Shown piece by piece: positions 1-6,258 of a stretch of 6,280 nt of DNA. A model generated the notes under the pieces. The model worked only from the letters and a program-made list of their open reading frames with translations. It searched no databases and was not told the DNA's origin. Where the stretch lies: positions 1-6,280 of the forward strand of contig NZ_JAEDAM010000063.1 in assembly GCF_018420025.1 (NCBI RefSeq), read 5' to 3'. Each line of letters opens with the position of its first letter. The stretch's first letter is position 1. Made by a program: the position numbers and the translations under genes. This stretch comes from Candidatus Vampirococcus lugosii (GTDB lineage Bacteria; Patescibacteriota; Gracilibacteria; Absconditabacterales; Absconditicoccaceae).

Positions 1-681
1 GCATATTCAATTATTCTAAACAAAAAAACACATTTTGATAATGGTTCAGGTTGTTTTATAGAAGTATGATATAATGATAATAATATTGGATTATGTATTT
101 TATTAAAATTAACTATATAATTATTTGTTTTGTAAAAATTAATCCTTTCATAAAACTCTTTTTCTAACTCAAAAAATTCATTTGATATTCAATAATTATA
201 TAATGACCTTAATTTTTCATCTAATTCTTTATTTCAAGTTTCCATATAAAGAACTCTATACTCTATATATGCAATTAAGTCAATCAATTCTTCAGCTTTT
301 TCTTTTCATTCTTTGCTTTGAAAGTATACAGCAGTTATATTATTTGATGGACTAAATATAATTGAATTTCAATATATATAATTTATGTTATAAACATCAA
401 TTCAAAATAAAAGTCTTGTATTTTTGTTTTTTGGATCATACCTATTTTCATCTCTAAGTATTGGATATTTTTTTAAATTGTTATTCCATATTTTTTCATC
501 TTTAACTCTTTGAATAACTCTTAGCATACCTGTTTTTAACATTTTTTTTATTATATCTTCCTCTTTTTCTATTTCATCTATTTTAAAATTATTTTCTTCT
601 ACTAAATTATCTAATTTCTTTAATTGAAAAAATTTTTAATTCTTTTTCAAATGCTTTTAAATATTCTAAATGAGTATCCAT
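1..681 (-). CDS. Hypothetical protein immediately downstream of hsdS. Its C-terminus runs off the left edge and its frame is broken at an A6T5 homopolymer junction.
   Basis: On the minus strand under table 25, ATG at 681..679 lies 17 nt after the hsdS stop and gives MDTHLEYLKAFEKELKIF..., ending at TAA (609..607). A second frame is open from 635 to position 1: ...QLKKLDNLVEENNFKIDEIEKEEDIIKKMLKTGMLRVIQRVKDEKIWNN...RLLFGIDVYNINYIYGNSIIFSPSNNITAVYFQSKEGKEKAEELIDLIAYIEYRVLYMETGNKELDEKLRSLYNYGISNEFFELEKEFYERINFYK...LSKCVFLFRIIEYA. It contains 5 in-frame TGA. Removing one base from tract 627..637 joins the two frames. The alternative is an uninterrupted start at ATG 542..540. I recognise no family. 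Confidence 0.5.
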
Positions 682-698
682 TCAATAAAATTTAAATC

Positions 699-1912
699 CT
701 AAACCTTCACTCTAACTTTTCCAGTCAATAAATCGTTCATAAGTCATTTTTTGATATTTTCAAGTTTTTGTTTATATGCTTGTTCTTTTTCTATTTTTCC
801 ATCTGCACTTGATAATATTTCTGCTATTTTTTGTTGTTCTTGAAGAGATTTTGGGATTTTTACTTTAATTTCACCTATTTGTTCAGTTCATATGTTAGGT
901 GGATCAGTTCATAATATTTCAATGTCAATAGCATTTATAAAATAACTACTTACAAATAAATAATAAGAAAATATATCATATATATTAAAACAATTAAACT
1001 TTCAAACTCTTTGATTTAATAATGATATACCATCATTACTATATACTTTAGTTATTTTAGATTTTTATTTAATAATGGTCTAGTTAATGCTAAAACTATA
1101 TCTCATTCTTTAATTAAAAAATCACTATAAATACTTTTATAAATATCTGGTAAAAAGGATTGTTCTTTCCATTTAATTTTTCATATTCATACATTTGCTA
1201 TTTTTAACCAAGGAATTCAATGATATGTTTCATCTTTAGACTTAAAAGCATATCAGCCAATTATTTTCATTCTTTTACTTAGTTTCTCTACCTCCCAACT
1301 CTCTGGAATTCTCCCCAACTCACTATCTTTAAATTTTGTATGAGGTTTTCAAGTATTTGTATCAATTCATTTTGTAAATAAATCTTCCATCAATCAAGTT
1401 TTGATTTTTTTGTATTTTTCTATCAAATCATCAGTTTTTTGTATAGCTTCATCTACTGTTGAAAGTATTTCAGCTATTTTTTGTTGTTCGGCAAGGGATT
1501 GAGGGAAATGTATTATTAAATTTTGAACTTCAGAAATATAATTTCTTTTATGACTATCAGGAATTAAGTTTAAATTTAATAAATAATAATATATAAACTT
1601 TAAATTGTAATTATTTATATTTGTTAATAATTTTATTGCAGAAGATTTAATTTTAAATTTAAAATCAACATATTTTAAATCCATTGTAAAATCATCAAAA
1701 ATTATAACATCTCATTTATTATAAATTCAATCTTTTTCATCAGTATATCATAAAATAAAAGCCTTATTTGCAGTTAATACAGGTATAGAATTATTTTTAT
1801 TATAATCAGTAGATTTTACTAGATATTTATCAGGTTGCTCATATTCTAAAATATTATAAATATATTCCACCTTCCATCCTTCAGGAATTTGTATATCTTT
1901 TATATTAGTCAT
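699..1912 (-). CDS. hsdS: Type I restriction-modification specificity subunit HsdS with two target-recognition domains, interrupted by a frameshift in TRD2.
   Basis: Table-25 translation starts at ATG 1912..1910: [75 protein letters not shown]... The central conserved region is PQSLAEQQKIAEILSTVDEAIQKTDDLIEKYKKIKTGLMEDLFTKGI. TRD2 reads SELGRIPESWEVEKLSKRMKIIGGYAFKSKDETYHGIPWLKIANVGIGKIKW...GDIVLALTRPLLNKNLK and hits TAA at 1054..1052. It resumes one base back as (I)TKVYSNDGISLLNQRVGKF...KIPKSLQEQQKIAEILSSADGKIEKEQAYKQKLENIKKGLMNDLLTGKVRVKV, ending at TAG 701..699. This is the classic HsdS layout: two TRDs, two EQQKIAEIL conserved helices and a C-terminal LLTGKVRV. About 15 in-frame TGA fall at Gly-like positions. 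One extra base in the T4 run at 1055..1058 (an A run in the gene sense) restores a protein of about 404 aa. Confidence 0.9.
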
Positions 1913-4208
1913 AACCTAATTCAGTTAAAAAATTAGAAAGTTTTGTAGTTGTTTGGTCTCTATCTTGTTCTATATCTTTAAGAGAAACTCTATATTTATC
2001 CCATAGATTTTCAAAAAAAGAAATAAGTTCTTGTTTTTCTCTTTTTAGATCTCTATTTAGATAATTTTCAAGTATTTCTTTCCATTTTGTTTTTACAAGT
2101 GCTTTTACTTGTTCTTGACTACAAGATTTTCTCCAAGATGCAACTTGTGCAATTATTTCAGATTTTATATTTTTGATTTCTTTGTCTATTTGTTTTATCT
2201 CATCTTTGTATTTTTTGGGGATTTTATAATCTTCTTCATTGTTTTCTGCTTCTGTTTTTTCCTCTTCTATCTTGCTATTTATCTCATCTTTTTTATTTTC
2301 TTGTGTTTCTTGATTATTTTTTAAATCTTGAAAATGCTCATTTATAATAAAATCTTCATCTATAAGAGTATCCACAAAACCTACTGATTTAACAGTTTTG
2401 AAATCATTTTTTAAGTCTTTCCACCAATTCATAAAAATACCTGCAAGTTGGTGTTCATCAAACACATTTAGATCAGATAAGTCTTGTTTTATATTTTGTA
2501 AGTGTTTTTTTCTAAAAGCATACAAATCAAAATCACTATTCATATTTTGAAGTTCTTGCCACATATTTTCATAAAAATCATTTAATTTTGATTTTAATTC
2601 TTTTTCTTTGCTAATTATTCAAGTGTCTTTTTCTATATTTTCACTGATATTTTCTTTATTGTTTATAGTATCATTGAATTTATAAAAATCATCATCTAAT
2701 TTGGTAAGTAAACTTGAAGCATAAAAATTTAATTTATTTATATAATCTTTTTTACTATCTACTTCAGATTTTGGAATTCATCAATTTAAATGAGCTTTAA
2801 CATTTTGAGGATCAATTTCTGGAGAATTGTCTACATATCTTCTTATATTTAGATTAAAATCTTCTTTTGCAAATCAATCAAAATCTACAATACTAGAATA
2901 TTTATCAAGCTCAATTTTTTCTTTGTAAACAGTAGTTATTTTTTGTATATCTTCTTGTCTTAATTTATTTTGATTTTTTCATTCAGCAAATTCATTATCA
3001 GCATTTATGATAATCACTTTATCTTTCATATTTTCAGATTTATTTTTGTTTATCACAATTACACAAGCAGGAATTCAAGTTCAGTAAAAAAGTCATCAAG
3101 GCAATCAAATCACAGCTTCAAGTAAATTATTTTCTAATAAATATTGTCTATAATTTTTTTCTGGTCATCATCTAAAAAGCACTCCATGAGGCAATACACA
3201 AGCAAGTTTTCAATTATTTTTCAAACTTGAAATCATATGTTGCAAAAACATAAAATCAGCTTTTGATTTTTCTGGCATCATTACTTGAAATCTTTCTTTG
3301 TATTCAAGATTTGATTCTTTGTAATCCTGAGAAAATGGGGGATTTGCAAGTATTTTATCAAATTTTTTTAGTTCTCATCATTCTTTGTGAAGAGGTTTTT
3401 CAAGAGTATCATCATTTTGAATATCTTGATTTGTCACTCAATGCAAAATCATATTCATTTTACAAATCGCCCAAGTAGTTCAGTTGCTTTCTTGTCAATT
3501 TAAAGAAATATTGTTAGAATTTTCTTGTTCTTTTACATATTCTTTTGCTTGTATCAAAAATCATCAACTTCATACAGTAGGATCATAAATTGTTTCTCAA
3601 GATTTTGGTTCTACTATTTGGACAAGTAGTCTTACAACTTCAGCAGGAGTATAGAATTCTCAACCTTTTTTTCAAGCAGTGTCAGCAAAATATTTAATAA
3701 GATATTCATAAGCAGTACCTAATAAATCAGGAAATTCAAAATCTTCGTTTCTCAATCTTATTTTATTGAAATGAATCAAAAATTCTTGAAGTTTTTGGTC
3801 TCATATTTTATTTTTTCATTTTTTTACATTAAAATTTATATGGCCAAGTACTCAATCTAATTTTTTGGGATTTGCTTCTTCTAGAGAATGAAGAGCTTTA
3901 TTTAATTCACTTCAAATATCAAATTTTAAATCTTTTAGATAAGACCATTTAGCTTTTGGTGGAACATAAAAACTAAATCTTTTTGAAATATTATCAGTTT
4001 CCAATTTTGCTTCTTCTTGTGTAAATCAATTACTTATATTTTTGTTATAAGTTTTTTCATATTCAGCTTCAAATTCATCAGATAATCTTTTCAAGAAAAG
4101 TATTCAAAAAATAAATTCTTTAAATTCGGATGCATCCATCTTACCTCTCAAAATATCAGCACTTTCAAATAAATGATTTTCTAATTGTTGTAAAGTTAGT
4201 TTGGACAT
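1905..4208 (-). CDS. hsdM: Type I restriction-modification N6-adenine DNA methyltransferase subunit HsdM (767 aa) with a long C-terminal extension.
   Basis: A single minus-strand frame runs from ATG 4208..4206 to TAA 1907..1905 under table 25. The N-terminus is [47 protein letters not shown], an HsdM_N signature. It also has [28 protein letters not shown], motif I IYDPTVGSGGFLIQA (3558..3584), [23 protein letters not shown] and motif [10 protein letters not shown] (NPPF at 3333..3344). Further on it reads [52 protein letters not shown]. By hand count there are about 30 in-frame TGA in the first 548 codons. The last 219 aa equal the supplied ORF 1905..2564. Confidence 0.95.
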
Positions 4209-4250
4209 ATTTTATTATTTTAATTAAAAAGTAAATAAATAATTTGTTCT

Positions 4251-4278
4251 ATAATATATAAAAAAATATTTATTTCAA
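4251..4278 (-). promoter_or_regulatory. Candidate sigma70-like promoter for the hsdM operon.
   Basis: The minus strand reads TTGAAA (4278..4273), a 16-nt spacer, then TATTAT (4256..4251), about 40 nt upstream of the hsdM ATG. Hexamer matches are cheap in DNA this AT-rich, so confidence is low. Confidence 0.3.
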
Positions 4279-4479
4279 TTTTAAATTAATGTTTGTTTTA
4301 TTAAAAAGAAAAAAACTTAAATTAAGATTAAAAAAAAATAATATATAAGATTTTTCAAATAAGAATGATTTAAAAATTTTGTTCTATAAAGATGAGTTTA
4401 AAATATATTGAAATTATTAATATTTTTTATATATTAACTAAAATTTATTTTTTTTATATATTAATATAAATTGTAATAT

Positions 4480-5043
4480 ATGACTTGAGATGAAAATATA
4501 GAATTTTTTTATTCAAGTGAAAATATTGATTCTAGTACTTGAGATCAATATATAGATTTTTTTACTTGAGATGAAAATATAGAATTTTTTGATTGAGATG
4601 AAAATATAGATTTTTTTATGTCAGATGAAGATTTATATTTTTTTATTATATTCATATTTATTATTTTTAATTCAATAATTTATTATTTTTATAATAAAAT
4701 TTTATTTAATTATAAAGATAAACTTAATTTTAAAAGAGAATTAAATTATAAAAGCACAATATTAGACTTAATTATAATAAATATTATGTTATTAATTATA
4801 CAATTGATTTTATTTTATACACAATTACGGATATTTGATTCTTTAGTACCTCAATTTTTTATTCTTCTACTTGTTATATACTTGGTTTTAAAATATTTTA
4901 GATTAAATGATAAAAATAATAAGGAACAAGAAAAATTATATTATATAATTTCGTTTAAAATAAGTATATATAGTTTATTAGTATATATTGCTATTATGAT
5001 TCTTTTAATAGTTATATTGTATATGTCTTTTATAATATACTAA
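4480..5043 (+). CDS. Hypothetical membrane protein (187 aa) with an N-terminal acidic nonapeptide-repeat region followed by about 4 predicted TM helices.
   Basis: Under table 25 the supplied ORF 4618..5043 extends upstream to ATG 4480, with an in-frame TAA at 4474..4476 just before it. The N-terminus is M-TGDENIEFF-YSSENIDSS-TGDQYIDFF-TGDENIEFF-DGDENIDFF-MSDEDLYFF and contains 4 TGA read as Gly. Hydrophobic segments follow: IIFIFIIFNSIIYYFY, ILDLIIINIMLLIIQLILFY, LVPQFFILLLVIYLVLKYF and SIYSLLVYIAIMILLIVILYMSFIIY. Caveat: I/F/L/Y/N/K-rich ORFs arise easily in AT-rich DNA, and no SD is visible. Confidence 0.5.
4483..4644 (+). repeat. Six contiguous 27-nt tandem repeats with consensus ACTTGAGATGAAAATATAGAATTTTTT.
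   Basis: The units are 4483-4509, 4510-4536, 4537-4563, 4564-4590, 4591-4617 and 4618-4644. Units 1 and 4 are identical, units 3 and 5 differ at a few positions, and units 2 and 6 are more diverged. The period is exactly 9 codons and is in frame with the CDS 4480..5043. Confidence 0.9.
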
Positions 5044-5097
5044 ATAATATTTTTTATAAAAAATATATAAATAAATATTTTATTTTTTATTTTTAGA

Positions 5098-5125
5098 TTG
5101 ACTTTTAAATAAAAATCAATATTAA
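5098..5125 (+). promoter_or_regulatory. Candidate promoter for the 62-aa ORF.
   Basis: TTGACT (5098-5103), a 16-nt spacer, then TATTAA (5120-5125), about 35 nt upstream of ATG 5161. The AT-rich background makes this weak. Confidence 0.3.
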
Positions 5126-5160
5126 AATTTTTTCTAATTAAAACTTTTGGGGATATAAAA

Positions 5161-5349
5161 ATGTTAAAATATATAGTATTAAAATTTCCAGATGGAAAAA
5201 CTAGAAAATTTTTTATACATAAGGAAGGAGGTGCATATCCCAAACTTATTGTGTATGAAAAAAAATTTTTTAGAAATAAAAGGGTTGGGCAATGTAAAGA
5301 TAAAAAAAACATCCCAAAGCTTATTGCTATGAAATATGCTACTCAATAA
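5161..5349 (+). CDS. Small basic hypothetical protein (62 aa).
   Basis: The ORF is MLKYIVLKFPDGKTRKFFIHKEGGAYPKLIVYEKKFFRNKRVGQCKDKKNIPKLIAMKYATQ. An SD-like GGGGA (5148-5152) lies about 8 nt upstream of the ATG. There is no in-frame upstream ATG after the TAA at 5110-5112. A strong intrinsic terminator begins 14 nt after the stop. The protein is K/R-rich, and I recognise no family. Confidence 0.5.
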   Translation: MLKYIVLKFPDGKTRKFFIHKEGGAYPKLIVYEKKFFRNKRVGQCKDKKNIPKLIAMKYATQ

Positions 5350-5362
5350 TAACTTTTATTTT

Positions 5363-5392
5363 CTCAAGAATTATTTATTCTTGAGTTTTTTT
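5363..5392 (+). terminator. Rho-independent terminator.
   Basis: There is a perfect 9-bp stem, CTCAAGAAT (5363-5371) paired with ATTCTTGAG (5377-5385). The loop is 5 nt (TATTT) and is followed by T7 (5386-5392). Confidence 0.75.
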
Positions 5393-5416
5393 AAATTAAA
5401 TTCTAAATATTATATA

Positions 5417-5445
5417 TTGACAAATAATGTTTTATTTTATATGAT
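5417..5445 (+). promoter_or_regulatory. Sigma70-like promoter upstream of the 5474 gene.
   Basis: It has a consensus -35 TTGACA (5417-5422), an exact 17-nt spacer and a -10 TATGAT (5440-5445), about 28 nt upstream of ATG 5474. It sits just after the terminator, which is consistent with a new transcription unit. Confidence 0.45.
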
Positions 5446-5473
5446 TAATTTTTATATATAAAAAATATTAATT

Positions 5474-6012
5474 ATGGAAATACCTATTTTTGATAAAGAA
5501 AAAAGTAATATTTTATTACAAGAAACAGAAAAAGCAATCTTAGAGCTTTCAACTTTAGATCGAAAAAACCCATTAGACAATAAAAAAAATATGAAATTAC
5601 TGTTAATATAAAAGAATATAGAATCAAATATGATGAAATTATTCCTCGTATAAAAATATCAGAATGTCCTTTTAGTTGAGAACCTTTAATTATTGCATTT
5701 GATCCTATTTGATTAGATGGTCTTTGGTGGATGGAATTCACTAGAAGAATTTATAAAAATGAAATTAAGCCATCAAAATTTAGACTCCTGCGTGGTGCTT
5801 TAAATTTTAATAATTTAAAACCAAAGTGATGAAGACATAAAGCTTTATTAGGTCCAGAAGTTCCTTATGTAATACCTCGTATCTTAAAATTACCTACGAT
5901 GATAATGGTAATATCTCAAATTACTTTGGATTGATATTTATTAAGTTATTTTTCAGATGAAAAACCAAAACCTTGACAACTTACATCCCCATGGTTAGAA
6001 AATAATGTGTAA
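5474..6012 (+). CDS. Hypothetical protein (about 179 aa if joined) with its frame broken in an A8 tract.
   Basis: Frame 1 from ATG 5474 reads MEIPIFDKEKSNILLQETEKAILELSTLDRKNPLDNKKNMKLLLI and stops at TAA 5609-5611. The frame open from 5584 reads KKYEITVNIKEYRIKYDEIIPRIKISECPFSGEPLIIAFDPIGLDGLWWMEFTRRIYKNEIKPSKFRLLRGALNFNNLKPKGGRHKALLGPEVPYVIPRILKLPTMIMVISQITLDGYLLSYFSDEKPKPGQLTSPWLENNV, ending at TAA 6010-6012. It contains 6 in-frame TGA. One extra A in the A8 run (5582-5589) joins the two frames. The second part is visibly less AT-biased than its surroundings, for example CTCCTGCGTGGTGC, which supports real coding. I recognise no family. Confidence 0.6.
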
Positions 6013-6258
6013 TATAGACTAGGATTGTTTATAAGAGGAATATGTTAGTTGTGTTCGTTTTTGATATTAATTATATTTGTTTTTATAATTATTTTATTTT
6101 TTGATAAAATATATTTATATTTACAAAAAATACTCTAATTTTCTCTTGATTTTTTTAGAAAAAACAATATATATAAACATATGAGACTAATATATACTAA
6201 TACATACTATTAAATATTATATTGTTTCGTTTTTTAAAAAATTACTATAATAACTATT

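Noticed and set aside
2109-2324. Supplied plus-strand ORF (71 aa, F/I/L/C-rich).
   Set aside because: It is antisense to the K/E-rich part of hsdM. Its low-complexity F/I/L composition is the expected shadow of AAA/GAA-rich coding on the other strand.
3263-3478. Supplied plus-strand ORF (71 aa).
   Set aside because: It lies antisense to the catalytic core of hsdM, including the NPPF motif region. It has no start context or recognisable features.
1905-4208. The hypothesis that this is a Mycoplasma or Spiroplasma-type genome with TGA=Trp (table 4), suggested by the AT-richness and many in-frame TGA.
   Set aside because: TGA falls on invariant Gly positions of the HsdM motifs (GSGGF, GKKGGEFYTP, LFRGG, FYGTGIP). 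Trp positions are all encoded by TGG. Substituting Trp into motif I would destroy the AdoMet-binding loop.
4408-4435. TTGAAA-16-TATATT as a promoter for the 4480 gene.
   Set aside because: It is plausible but indistinguishable from background in a spacer that is almost pure A/T. It is not reported as a feature.
4289-4469. Two mini-ORFs in the divergent intergenic region: 4289..4348 (MFVLLKRKKLKLRLKKNNI) and 4392..4469 (MSLKYIEIINIFYILTKIYFFYILI).
   Set aside because: They are 19 and 25 aa long with no ribosome-binding signal. Their composition is exactly what AT-rich non-coding DNA yields by chance. They cannot be supported from sequence alone.
4483-4644. The possibility that the 27-nt repeats form a CRISPR array.
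   Set aside because: The repeats are contiguous with no unique spacers and are not palindromic. They keep a 9-codon reading frame, so they form a tandem coding or satellite repeat, not a CRISPR array.
5040-5312. Supplied minus-strand ORF (90 aa).
   Set aside because: It is antisense to the 62-aa ORF and the AT-rich spacer. Its composition is F/I/N/K junk. The plus-strand ORF has the SD-like site and a correctly oriented terminator.
5484-5741. Supplied minus-strand ORF (85 aa).
   Set aside because: It is antisense to the 5474..6012 gene. The plus-strand frames contain recoded TGA at Gly-like positions and a more protein-like composition.
6162-6227. A long-range inverted repeat, AAACAATATA (6162-6171) with TATATTGTTT (6218-6227), followed by a T-run, as a possible terminator or structured RNA.
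   Set aside because: The stem is almost entirely A:T with a 46-nt loop, so it would be thermodynamically weak. Such pairings are expected by chance in this composition.
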